Shown piece after piece: positions 1 to 8,384 of a DNA stretch of 64,000 nucleotides. The stretch is from Nitrososphaerota archaeon (lineage in GTDB: Archaea > Thermoproteota > Nitrososphaeria_A > Caldarchaeales > Calditenuaceae): assembly GCA_033581555.1 (NCBI GenBank), contig JAVQSZ010000006.1, positions 1 to 64,000 of the forward strand, in the 5' to 3' direction. The notes under the pieces were generated by a model. It did not search any database, was not told the DNA's origin, and worked only from the letters and a program-made list of their open reading frames with translations. The translations under genes and the position numbers were made by a program. Within the stretch, counting starts at the first letter, position 1. Every line of letters begins with the position of its first letter.

Positions 1-720
1 GAGAGCCCCGCAGAGGTCTCCATCGTGAGGCCCGTGGCGATGTTCAAAGCGATGTACTCGGCTGCCGTGAGGGAGTCTTCTGGAACCTACACCGTCAACA
101 GCTCGGCGACGCTCTTCACCTGCGGAGACAAGGTCCTCTGCCTGAGCGCGGTGAGGAGGAGCGGGATAAGGGTCCCCAGAACCGTCGTGGCCCTCGACAG
201 GAGGTCGGCGGAGGCCACCTACAGGGCGATGCAGAAGCCCTTCGTCGACAAGCCGCCGATCGGGAGCTGGGGGAGGCTAGTGGCCCTGATAACGGACCCG
301 ATCACGTGGAGGACGGTCCTCGAGCACAGGTCGATGCTCTCCAGCGCCCAGCTGAAGGTCCACCTGATGCAACAGTACGTCGACCACGGCGGGAGAGACA
401 TCAGGACGATCGTCGTCGGCGAGCAGGTGCTGGGGGCGATGGAGAGGATAAGCCCCTCCGACGACTGGAGGACCAACGTCGCCCTCGGCGGGAAGACCGT
501 TGCGAGGAAGCTCGACGAAGAGCTCATCGAGACGTCGCTAAAGTGCGCCGAGATCGTGAGGGGCGACTTCATCGCGGTCGACCTCCTCCAGGACAGGTCG
601 GGGACCTACTACGTCAACGAGCTGAACGGCGTCCCGGAGTTCAAGGGCTTCATGGAGGCGACTCAGATAGACGTGGCCGGCGCTCTGGCCTCACACGTCG
701 ACTCGCTCCTCAAGCGCTGA
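1..720 (+). CDS. argX: RimK-family ATP-grasp LysW ligase, probably ArgX (glutamate--LysW ligase); 5' end truncated by the window
   Basis: Frame open from base 1. Motifs KPPIGSWGRLV, DIR, WRTNVALGG, ELNGVPEFKGF. The NV and GF signatures fit ArgX better than LysX. Confidence 0.75.
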   Translation, partial: ESPAEVSIVRPVAMFKAMYSAAVRESSGTYTVNSSATLFTCGDKVLCLSAVRRSGIRVPRTVVALDRRSAEATYRAMQKPFVDKPPIGSWGRLVALITDPITWRTVLEHRSMLSSAQLKVHLMQQYVDHGGRDIRTIVVGEQVLGAMERISPSDDWRTNVALGGKTVARKLDEELIETSLKCAEIVRGDFIAVDLLQDRSGTYYVNELNGVPEFKGFMEATQIDVAGALASHVDSLLKR

Positions 721-785
721 GGTCTCTCGGGGTACGCCCTGAGGCCCGCTAACGTTTTTAGTGCCCGCCCCGTGAACCGGTTGGA

Positions 786-1088
786 TTGTCTTCGAGGACG
801 TTGAAGACCGACGTCATCATCGTCGGACGGAAGCCGGTCCTCAGGTACGTCCTCGCGACGATAACGTCGCTGAACAGGGGGAGCGAGGAGGTGATCGTGA
901 GGGGAAGGGGGAGGAGCGTCTCGAAGTGCGTCGACGTCGTCATGACGCTGAAGAGGTCCTTCTACAGGGACCTCGAGATCAAGGGGATATCGCTCGGGAC
1001 CGACGAGGTGAAGGTCGGCGACCACACGATCAACCTGAGCTACATCGAGGTCAGGATAGGCAGGTCGAGGCCTGCTGGGGCGAGGTGA
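786..1088 (+). CDS. albA: Alba DNA/RNA-binding protein
   Basis: IIVGRKPVLRYV, VRGRGRSVSKCVDV, LSYIEV motifs. Confidence 0.9.
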   Translation: MSSRTLKTDVIIVGRKPVLRYVLATITSLNRGSEEVIVRGRGRSVSKCVDVVMTLKRSFYRDLEIKGISLGTDEVKVGDHTINLSYIEVRIGRSRPAGAR

Positions 1089-1197
1089 GCGGGCGCGGCC
1101 GCGCCGACTGAACCCGCGTTGAGCGTTCGGCCCGATCGACCGGTTCGCAACCGCGTCAACACCGGTTAAATAGACGGGCTCTTACCCGCCCGGCGAG

Positions 1198-2436
1198 GTG
1201 GGAGAACTAGGCGCCGAGGTCACCCTGGTCTGCAGGGAGTGCGGCAGGGACCACGGCCACGTCTTCGCTTACGCGTGCGAGGCGTGTCTCGGAGCGCTCG
1301 AGGCCTCGATAGACCTAGACGCTCTCGGAGTGTCGAGGTCCAAGATAGAGCAGCGGAACAGGGACATGTGGAGGTACAGGGAGTTCCTTCCGGTCCTCAG
1401 GGACGAGAACGTCGTCAACATAGGGACGGGATACACGCCGCTGGTCAGGGCCGATTCGCTGGCTAAGGCGATTGGCGTAAGGAGGCTCTACGTGAAGAAC
1501 GACACCGTGAACCCGACGTTCAGCTTCAAGGACAGGCCCTCAAGCGTCGCGGTCTCCAAGGCGAAGGAGTTCGGGCTGAAGGTGGTGGGGTGCGCCTCGA
1601 CCGGGAACCTCGCCGGAGCGACTGCCGCCCACGCAGCGGCCGGAGGACTCCGGTCGGTCGTGATGATGCCCTCTTTCGTCGAGGACGCGAAGGTGGTCCA
1701 GGCATCCGTCTACGGTGCGACGGTGGTGCTCGTCGACGGGACCTACGACGACGTCAACAGGCTCGCGGCGCTCGTCGCGGACAGGTTCAATGTCGGCGTC
1801 GTGAACGTCAACCTCAGGCCCTACTACGTCGAGGGCTCGAAGACGATGGGCCTCGAGATCGTCGAGCAGCTGGGGTGGAGGACCCCGGACAGGATAGTGG
1901 TGCCCTCCGCGAGCGGCGCCCTCCTCTCCGCGATCTACAAAGGGATCAGGGAGGCAGAGGAGACCGGCCTGATCGGCGACGCTGACGTGGCGATGACCTG
2001 CGCACAGCCGTCCGGGTGCTCTCCGATCGTGACCGCGTTCAGGAAGGGCCTCGAGAGGGTGGTCCCGGTCCACTCGCCCCAGACGGTCGTGAGGAGCCTC
2101 GCGATAGGCGAGCCGGGCGACGGCGTACAAGCTCTCAGGGTGATGAGGAGCAGCGGAGGCACGGCTGGCTCGGTCAGCGACCTTGAGGCGCTCGAGGCGG
2201 TGAACCTGCTGGCGAGGGAGACGGGGATCTTCGCGGAACCCGGCGGCGCGATCTCGGTGGCGGTCCTGAAGAGGCTGGTGGAGGAGGGCGAGGTCGGGAG
2301 GGACGAGGAGGTGGTCTGCTGCGTGACCGGAGCGGGCTTCAAGACGCTGGACGTCATCCCCAGGGGAGAGGGACACGTCAGGGTGAGGCCTAGCTTCATC
2401 GAGCTCTCGCGGGAGCTCTCTAGGGTCCTCTCGTGA
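1198..2436 (+). CDS. thrC: Threonine synthase-like PLP enzyme (fold type II) with N-terminal Zn ribbon
   Basis: CRECG..CEAC; NPTFSFKDR (PLP Lys), ASTGN, EGSKT, FAEPGG, TGAGFK. Confidence 0.85.
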   Translation: MGELGAEVTLVCRECGRDHGHVFAYACEACLGALEASIDLDALGVSRSKIEQRNRDMWRYREFLPVLRDENVVNIGTGYTPLVRADSLAKAIGVRRLYVKNDTVNPTFSFKDRPSSVAVSKAKEFGLKVVGCASTGNLAGATAAHAAAGGLRSVVMMPSFVEDAKVVQASVYGATVVLVDGTYDDVNRLAALVADRFNVGVVNVNLRPYYVEGSKTMGLEIVEQLGWRTPDRIVVPSASGALLSAIYKGIREAEETGLIGDADVAMTCAQPSGCSPIVTAFRKGLERVVPVHSPQTVVRSLAIGEPGDGVQALRVMRSSGGTAGSVSDLEALEAVNLLARETGIFAEPGGAISVAVLKRLVEEGEVGRDEEVVCCVTGAGFKTLDVIPRGEGHVRVRPSFIELSRELSRVLS

Positions 2437-2476
2437 GGTAGACGCTTTAACCCGGTCCGCAGTACGCTCCTTGGGC

Positions 2477-2749
2477 ATGAGGGTCAGGACGCTCTACTTC
2501 GCGAGGCTGAGGGAGCTCACGGGCCTCGAGTCCGAGGAGCTCGAGCTGCCGGAGGGGTCGGTCTGCGGCGACGTGGTGAGGGAGGTGATCAGGGTTCACG
2601 GCGAGAGGCTGGCCTCCTACCTCCTCGACGAGCGCGGCACCCTCAGGAGGAGCTTCGCGCTGGCGGTGAACGGCCGGAAGGTGGGCCCTGAGGAGCCTAT
2701 CAGGGAGGGCGACACCGTGGTGATCCTTCCGCCGATATCGGGCGGGTGA
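2477..2749 (+). CDS. MoaD/ThiS/SAMP ubiquitin-like sulfur carrier
   Basis: YFARLRELTG, AVNG, C-terminal LPPISGG; own TATA-like TTTAA near 2446. Confidence 0.9.
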   Translation: MRVRTLYFARLRELTGLESEELELPEGSVCGDVVREVIRVHGERLASYLLDERGTLRRSFALAVNGRKVGPEEPIREGDTVVILPPISGG

Positions 2750-3070
2750 TCAGCGCCTCAGCCTCCTCAGCGCGTCGACGTCGAGCGTCCCGGTCATCCT
2801 GTAGACGTGGACCAGCAGTATCACCGAGACCGCTATGACCGCGGCCCCCACTCCCAACGAGACCAGAACGAACCCGAGCCCCATCGGGTCGACCCCTGCG
2901 GCTCCGGCGGTCGCGAAGACCACGACGTTCAGGTGGGCGCCGTTGATCATCAGCTCGATCGCGACGACCTGCTTGACGATGTTCCGCTTCGAGGCGAGCG
3001 TGTAGACCCCTAGAGCGAAGAAGAGCGCGGCGAAGAGCGTGTAGATCGAGACCGGGGCCATCCATCTCAC
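2750..3070 (-). CDS. nuoK: NADH-quinone oxidoreductase subunit K
   Basis: 3 TM helices; KRNIVK..AIELMING; C-terminal TGTLDVDALRRLR. Confidence 0.85.
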   Translation of the reverse strand: MRWMAPVSIYTLFAALFFALGVYTLASKRNIVKQVVAIELMINGAHLNVVVFATAGAAGVDPMGLGFVLVSLGVGAAVIAVSVILLVHVYRMTGTLDVDALRRLRR

Positions 3071-3339
3071 CTCCTCGCCAGCACGACGACCAGTCCGGTC
3101 ACGCCCACCGCGAGCGCCAGGATGATCAGGAACACCCCGATCATGGGGAAGGAGAGGCCTCCCCAGAGGACCTCGCCGAGCGCCCTCCCGACCACGCCGG
3201 GGTTGTCGGTGATGAACCTCTCCGTCCCCGAGGACCAGTACTTCCTGAAGGGCGGGGAGGAGGACAGGCTAATGAAGACGAGAGCAGCGAGCGCGAGCGA
3301 GGACGCAGTGCCCAGCGCCTGCCTCCAGTTCAAGGCCAT
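3067..3339 (-). CDS. NuoJ C-terminal half (split gene)
   Basis: MALNWRQ..GRALGEVLW..PMIGVFLIILALAVG..LARR resembles NuoJ TM4-5; TGATG stop/start overlap with the upstream half. Confidence 0.65.
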   Translation of the reverse strand: MALNWRQALGTASSLALAALVFISLSSSPPFRKYWSSGTERFITDNPGVVGRALGEVLWGGLSFPMIGVFLIILALAVGVTGLVVVLARR

Positions 3340-3599
3340 CACACCGTCTCGTCCTTCCTCCTGGTGAACATCAGGACGACCATCAGCAGGGCCACAGCTC
3401 CGCCCGAGTAGGCGAGTATCTGGAAGAGCCCGACGAGGGTGGCGCCCATGACTACGAAGAGCAGCCCCAGCGAGACCGTGAAGACGAGGAACCAGAGCGC
3501 GGTCCTGACGAGGCTCCGGGTCTCGATGGACATGATCGCCGAGAGCGTCGCGAGCAACAGGAGGGCGGCCTCGAGAAGTCCCGCGTCCATCGGGGACAC
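3339..3599 (-). CDS. nuoJ: NuoJ N-terminal half (split gene)
   Basis: RSLVRTALW..GATLVGLFQILAYSGGAVALL (QxxxYxG motif). Confidence 0.85.
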   Translation of the reverse strand: MSPMDAGLLEAALLLLATLSAIMSIETRSLVRTALWFLVFTVSLGLLFVVMGATLVGLFQILAYSGGAVALLMVVLMFTRRKDETV

Positions 3600-3679
3600 C
3601 CATCCTCAGCCACAATTTTAGGTCTCCCAGCGATCCTCGTTAGCCAAACCAATAAGGGCCCCGGACTCTCTGAGGCCGG

Positions 3680-4192
3680 ATGAGGAGGCTGAACCTGATC
3701 GCGACGACCCTGAGGGGCCAGGAGCCGCTGGGGGTCTCGAGCCTGGTGAGTGTCCTAGCGGAGCTCGGTGATCCGGAGGCCCGCGTCGAGATATCGAAGA
3801 TCCAGGGAGTCCTGACCGCTAGCACGAAGCTGGACCCTTTCGAAGTAGTCGAGAGGACTAGGGAGATCGCGCAGAGGGAGCCCTGGAAGGTGAGCGGGCT
3901 GATGAGGCTGATACCGGTCGAGAGGGCCGTCGAGACGAAGGTCGAGGCGATCGTGGGGGCCGTCGAGGAGCTGAAGGACAAGATACCCCCGGACGCGACG
4001 TACAAGGTCGTCGTGGAGAAGAGGCACACGCAGCTCTCGAGCAGGGAGCTGATAGAGGCCGTCGCCTCGAGGGTGGAGAGGAAGGTTGACCTCGAGAACC
4101 CCTCATGGGTCGTGCTGATCGAGGTGCTCGGGGGCCTGACCGGCGTCTCGGTCCTCAGGCCGTCTCAGGTCCTGAGCCTGACGAAGCTCTGA
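3680..4192 (+). CDS. THUMP-domain RNA-binding protein
   Basis: TYKVVVEKRHTQLSSRELI, KVDLENPSWVVLIEV. Confidence 0.85.
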   Translation: MRRLNLIATTLRGQEPLGVSSLVSVLAELGDPEARVEISKIQGVLTASTKLDPFEVVERTREIAQREPWKVSGLMRLIPVERAVETKVEAIVGAVEELKDKIPPDATYKVVVEKRHTQLSSRELIEAVASRVERKVDLENPSWVVLIEVLGGLTGVSVLRPSQVLSLTKL

Positions 4193-4323
4193 AGTGCACC
4201 CGTGAGTTTCGGCAGCAACCCGCCTGAAGGGGCTGCACGCGGAGGGCGCGGTTCACGAACTCGGAGCTCTAGCACCGCACGGGACTCAACAATAGGCTTT
4301 CCCGGGGCCGTTCGTCGGGGGAG

Positions 4324-4560
4324 TCACTTGATCTTCTCGGCCTCGCGCTCCGAGTCGAGCAGTATCAGCACATCACCGACCCTCACGGGCCCTTTCACGT
4401 TCCTCGTGAGCACCCTCCCCGCGTCCTTGCCCTCGAGGATCCTGACCCTGACCTGAGTCACGTCGCCGTAGACTCCGGTCCTGCCCACGACCTGCTCGAC
4501 GACCGCCGGCACCGGTTCCTCGACCTTCGCGGCCGCGGCTCCCTTCTCCTTCTGGCTCAA
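4324..4560 (-). CDS. rps28e: 30S ribosomal protein S28e
   Basis: [30 protein letters not shown]. Confidence 0.97.
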   Translation of the reverse strand: MSQKEKGAAAAKVEEPVPAVVEQVVGRTGVYGDVTQVRVRILEGKDAGRVLTRNVKGPVRVGDVLILLDSEREAEKIK

Positions 4561-4937
4561 GCCCTCCCCCTCAGCTCGTTGACCTTCTTCACGATCTCCT
4601 CGAGATAGCTCTTGCCCTCGCCGGGGTCGACGATCGCGACCGCGCTGGCGGCCACGTCGAGCCCCGAAGCAGCGCCCAAGTCCCTCTTGCTCGGGACGTA
4701 GACGTAGGGCACCCGCTTCTCGTCGCAGAGGATCGGGAGGAACGCGACGATCTCCGGAGGGTCGACGTCCTCAGCTATCACGACGAGCTTCGCCAGGCCC
4801 CTCTCGACGGCCCTCGTGACCTCGTTGATGCCCTTCTTCAGCTTCCCGGAGCTCCTCACCAGCTTCACCACCTCGAGCGTCGCGCTGGCCAGCTCCTTCG
4901 GCGTCTGGAACTTGACGTAGAACGTCTGGCTCGGCAC
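4557..4937 (-). CDS. rpl7ae: 50S ribosomal protein L7Ae
   Basis: [25 protein letters not shown]; start set at GTG 4937, 5 nt after the GAGGTGA SD. Confidence 0.97.
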   Translation of the reverse strand: MPSQTFYVKFQTPKELASATLEVVKLVRSSGKLKKGINEVTRAVERGLAKLVVIAEDVDPPEIVAFLPILCDEKRVPYVYVPSKRDLGAASGLDVAASAVAIVDPGEGKSYLEEIVKKVNELRGRA

Positions 4938-4958
4938 CCCGATCACCTCATCACCAGA
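4925..4958 (-). promoter_or_regulatory. K-turn in the rpl7ae leader covering the SD and start codon (autoregulatory element)
   Basis: Minus strand UCUGGU-GAU-GA-GGUG-AUCGGGG-UGCC-GA-GCCAGA: 6-bp C stem, 3-nt bulge, tandem GA/AG pairs, NC stem. TATA TTTATAT at 4980-4986. Confidence 0.85.
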
Positions 4959-5052
4959 GAGTTATGTCCACTCCGCATAGATATAAACCGGTATTCGCGC
5001 GGAGGCTCAGCGGTTCTCCTTCACTTTAATACTGGTCGCGGACTGTCGCGTC

Positions 5053-6309
5053 GTGCCCCTCGGCTCGGAGAGGATCGCCCAGTTCACGCCCCTGATCGTC
5101 GCGATGAGCTGGGGCCTGAGCCTCGCGCTTCACCACCCGTTCGTCGGTTGGACGATCTACAGCGACGTCGTCAGCTTCTGGGTGAGGGAGGAACACCTGC
5201 AAGAAGGAAGGATTCCCTGCATCGAGTATTTCTTTGAGTACCCACCATCGGCCTGTTACCTGACGTACGCAGCTAGGTTATTGGGCGGTCAGGACCTCAC
5301 CGGGTACTACCTGGCCTTCTCGCTGCTGAGCCTTCCAGCGTTTCTAGCGATCGGCTACGTGCTTCAGAGGATGTCAAGGGAGGTGAACCCGCTCGCCTTC
5401 GTCTTCGCGTTCTCACCTAGTCTAGTCGTTTACGGGATATACAACTTCGATCACTTCCTCGCTGCGTTGCTGGGCCTCTCGATAATCGCCTTGACCTCGG
5501 GGAGGTGGAAGCTGGCTAGCCTGCTTCTCGGCCTTTCGGTCTCGGTGAAGCTGATGACGGTGCTTCTGCTCCCGCTCTACCTGCTAGAGGGGAAGGGACG
5601 AAGACTCGAGGCCTTCACCATGTTCGTGGTCGGCGCTGGCATACCTACACTCCCGGTCCTGCTGCTCAACCCCTCTTGGTTTCTGGAGTTCGTACGGTAT
5701 CACGGAGGTTGGGGGCTTGAGAACGCTTGGTACATCTGGATCTTTCAAGATCCCTTCTCACCCACTGCAAAGGTCTTCGGTGTCATGCTGCTTGTCCCGT
5801 TGCTGTTGCGAAGCTACACTGCAGCGCTTCCGGTAGGTACCCGATCGCTTCTGACAGTCTCCAGTTGGTTGTTAACGGCATACATTTTCACGCCCCAGAT
5901 GTTTCTATGGCTTATACCACTCATGCCATTCTCCGTTGTTGCACTTTATTTTTGGCCCATTATAGACATCGCTAACATGTATATTATACTTACTTGGTTT
6001 ACTACAAATCATCCTACACTCCCGTGGACCCTGCCTCAAACCATGTCACTAATAAGAGCCATTGCTCTCGCGTTTACGTACTATTTTACCCTTAAAGCAA
6101 ATTTCAAAAGTCCCTCCTTACTTAAATTTAACCGAACTATGTGTACGGAAGATCGCCTAATTTATCGGTCAACTAACGATTTGTTCGATAACTTTTTACA
6201 CAATACCACGAGGATGCAACCGAGATTTGTTTTGCGATGCTCTACAATAAAAAAGTATTTCTTTAGCATCGACAATAGATCATCTGCAGAATTGAATTTG
6301 TATAGATGA
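5053..6309 (+). CDS. GT-C superfamily membrane glycosyltransferase (GT87/DUF2029-like)
   Basis: YSD, FFEYPP, YNFD, SVKL..LLLP, FTPQMFLW motifs and many TM helices; C-terminal tail overlaps the convergent gene. Confidence 0.75.
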   Translation: MPLGSERIAQFTPLIVAMSWGLSLALHHPFVGWTIYSDVVSFWVREEHLQEGRIPCIEYFFEYPPSACYLTYAARLLGGQDLTGYYLAFSLLSLPAFLAIGYVLQRMSREVNPLAFVFAFSPSLVVYGIYNFDHFLAALLGLSIIALTSGRWKLASLLLGLSVSVKLMTVLLLPLYLLEGKGRRLEAFTMFVVGAGIPTLPVLLLNPSWFLEFVRYHGGWGLENAWYIWIFQDPFSPTAKVFGVMLLVPLLLRSYTAALPVGTRSLLTVSSWLLTAYIFTPQMFLWLIPLMPFSVVALYFWPIIDIANMYIILTWFTTNHPTLPWTLPQTMSLIRAIALAFTYYFTLKANFKSPSLLKFNRTMCTEDRLIYRSTNDLFDNFLHNTTRMQPRFVLRCSTIKKYFFSIDNRSSAELNLYR

Positions 6310-6812
6310 GTATCTCGCCATACGGCTCCGTAAGTCCTTGTCCATATCCACCATATGATACGGAATAGGGAGATTTCTAAAGGAACAACAACCAAAAGTA
6401 GTCCCTCGTCATTCAATAGTTGTGCTACATTCTGTAATACCTTTTCGGGGTTCTGTACGTGTTCTAGGCTCTCTATGAGTAAAATTGTATTGAACTTCTG
6501 ATTATCTAAAATCTCAGCAAGATTATCTTCCATGTTATGATGATAAACTTTGTTAAGTCGATTTTTAGCGAATTCAAGCATTTTTGTATCTATATCGACA
6601 CCATGAATTTCTAAATGATCTCCAAGAAATAGACGCGACCTAAAACCGTCACCACACCCTAGGTCAAGCACGGGTCCACGAACGTTGTGATCTTTCAAAA
6701 CACTTCTGGTAACCTTGATGATGTTGCTGTGCCAGTATCTGCTGGGAAAACGGGTGGTGGAGATCTCGTAGTAACTTTTATAGGAATTTCCCGCCATTAC
6801 TGTCATCACCAT
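6162..6812 (-). CDS. Class I SAM-dependent methyltransferase, AT-rich
   Basis: VLDLGCGDG, GVDID, ESLEHV, GLLLVVVP, HLYKF. Confidence 0.9.
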   Translation of the reverse strand: MVMTVMAGNSYKSYYEISTTRFPSRYWHSNIIKVTRSVLKDHNVRGPVLDLGCGDGFRSRLFLGDHLEIHGVDIDTKMLEFAKNRLNKVYHHNMEDNLAEILDNQKFNTILLIESLEHVQNPEKVLQNVAQLLNDEGLLLVVVPLEISLFRIIWWIWTRTYGAVWRDTHLYKFNSADDLLSMLKKYFFIVEHRKTNLGCILVVLCKKLSNKSLVDR

Positions 6813-6861
6813 GAGATGTCATGTTATAGGTTTTTGTGTCCGCGATAGGTGGTACCACGGT

Positions 6862-8295
6862 TCAGCGATAGGGCATCACCCCCCACCTCATCATCGGGAC
6901 GAAGTTCATCATCAGCAGCGCGACGTGGAATATCCCTCTGAGGTAGTCGTCGACCCTGAGGTTCTCGTTCGGCGCGTGATACCTGGAGTCCCTCCTGCTG
7001 ACGCCTGCGAGGACGCACGGCTGTCCCAGTACTTCCGTGAAGAGGTACATGGGGCCGGAGCCCTGCATCGACGGCAGCAGGACCGGGTCCTTCTCGAAGG
7101 CGACCTTCGCGGTCCGGGAGACGACCTCCACGAACGGCGAGTCGGGGTCCGTCCTAGCGGCCGGGTAAGCGCCGCCGAGCTGCCTGACCTCGACGTCCCC
7201 GAATCCTCCCGCCCTCAGGGCCCTCCTCACCGCCTCGATCACCTTCTCCGGCCTCATCCTGGGGACCAGCCTGACGTCGACCTTCGCGAAGGCCTCCGCG
7301 GGTAGGACCGTCTTCGAGCCCTTCCCGGTGTAACCTGAGTGGATCCCGCAGACGTTCACGACCGGCATCATCGTCAGCCTCTTCAGGGCCTCCCTGAGGT
7401 TCCCCTTCGCGGCCGGGATCAGCTCTCCCGCGCCGTCCTCTATCTCCCTGAAGTCGTAATCGGACTCCTCCACGATCCTGAGGAACTTCTGGTCGAGGTC
7501 GACGTCCTCCCTCAGCTCCGCGAGCTTCGGTGTCCCGTCGGGCTCCGCGAGGACGCTCAGGGCCGCCATCAGCCTCCAGGCCGGGTTCACCGAGACAGCT
7601 CCCCACGACGAGTGGAGGTCGCCGCCGCGGCGCCTCGCGACCAGCTCCAAGTAGACGATGCCCTTCGCGCCCAACGCGATCACCGGCCTGTCCCTGTCGT
7701 CGATGTAGCTCATCTCCCAAAGGCAAGCGTCGGCCTCGAGCATGTGGCCCTGGGTCCTCACGAGCTGAGGGAGGTTCGGGCTCCCGATCTCCTCCTCGCC
7801 CTCAGCGAGCACCTTCACGTTCACCGGGAGCTCTCCCGCGACGTCCCTGACCGCGTCGATCGCGCAGAGCCTCGCGACCAGGTTACCCTTGTTGTCCGCG
7901 GCTCCCCTCGCGAAGACCCTTCCGTCCCTGACCGACGGAGAGAAGGGAGGGCTCTCCCAGAGCTCGAGGGGGTCTGGAGGCTGGACGTCGTAGTGGTTGT
8001 AGAAGAGCAGAGTTCCGTGCTTCTCCTCCCTCAGCTCCCCGAAGACCGCGGGATGCCCTCCGGTGTTGAGCGTCTCGGCCCTCAGCCCGACCTCCTCCAT
8101 CAGCTCCCTCGTCACCGACGCAGCCTCCTCGATCCCCTCCCCGGTCGCCGAGACGCCGCTCGACTCAAGGATCCTCTTCAACCTGCCCACATAGACGGCC
8201 TCGTTCTCCAGGATCTTCCTCCAGAGCCTCTCGACGAGCTCGTGCCTCACGGGTCTGAGCGACACGCGCCCGAGATAAGGTTTGCCGATGGACAT
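6862..8295 (-). CDS. M20/M25/M40 metallopeptidase (ArgE/DapE/dipeptidase-like)
   Basis: YNHYDVQP, RGAADNKG, EGEEEIGS, HAPNEN. Confidence 0.92.
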   Translation of the reverse strand: MSIGKPYLGRVSLRPVRHELVERLWRKILENEAVYVGRLKRILESSGVSATGEGIEEAASVTRELMEEVGLRAETLNTGGHPAVFGELREEKHGTLLFYNHYDVQPPDPLELWESPPFSPSVRDGRVFARGAADNKGNLVARLCAIDAVRDVAGELPVNVKVLAEGEEEIGSPNLPQLVRTQGHMLEADACLWEMSYIDDRDRPVIALGAKGIVYLELVARRRGGDLHSSWGAVSVNPAWRLMAALSVLAEPDGTPKLAELREDVDLDQKFLRIVEESDYDFREIEDGAGELIPAAKGNLREALKRLTMMPVVNVCGIHSGYTGKGSKTVLPAEAFAKVDVRLVPRMRPEKVIEAVRRALRAGGFGDVEVRQLGGAYPAARTDPDSPFVEVVSRTAKVAFEKDPVLLPSMQGSGPMYLFTEVLGQPCVLAGVSRRDSRYHAPNENLRVDDYLRGIFHVALLMMNFVPMMRWGVMPYR

Positions 8296-8384
8296 TCTCC
8301 GGGATCGACCGTTTCGCGCGCTGAGTAACTGGGTGAGCTATTTTAGAGCCGGAGGCGCTCCGCGGGACCGGAAGGGGCTGTGCC

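Noticed and set aside
4199-4283. tRNA-Sec or hammerhead reading of the structured element (UUCA loop; GAAAC)
   Set aside because: No proper T-arm or acceptor geometry and no CUGANGA core; kept only as an unclassified structure
6862-8295. M20 peptidase as LysK partner of ArgX
   Set aside because: Its length and HYDVQP/HAPNE motifs fit the dipeptidase-like M20 group; not clustered with lysW-pathway genes
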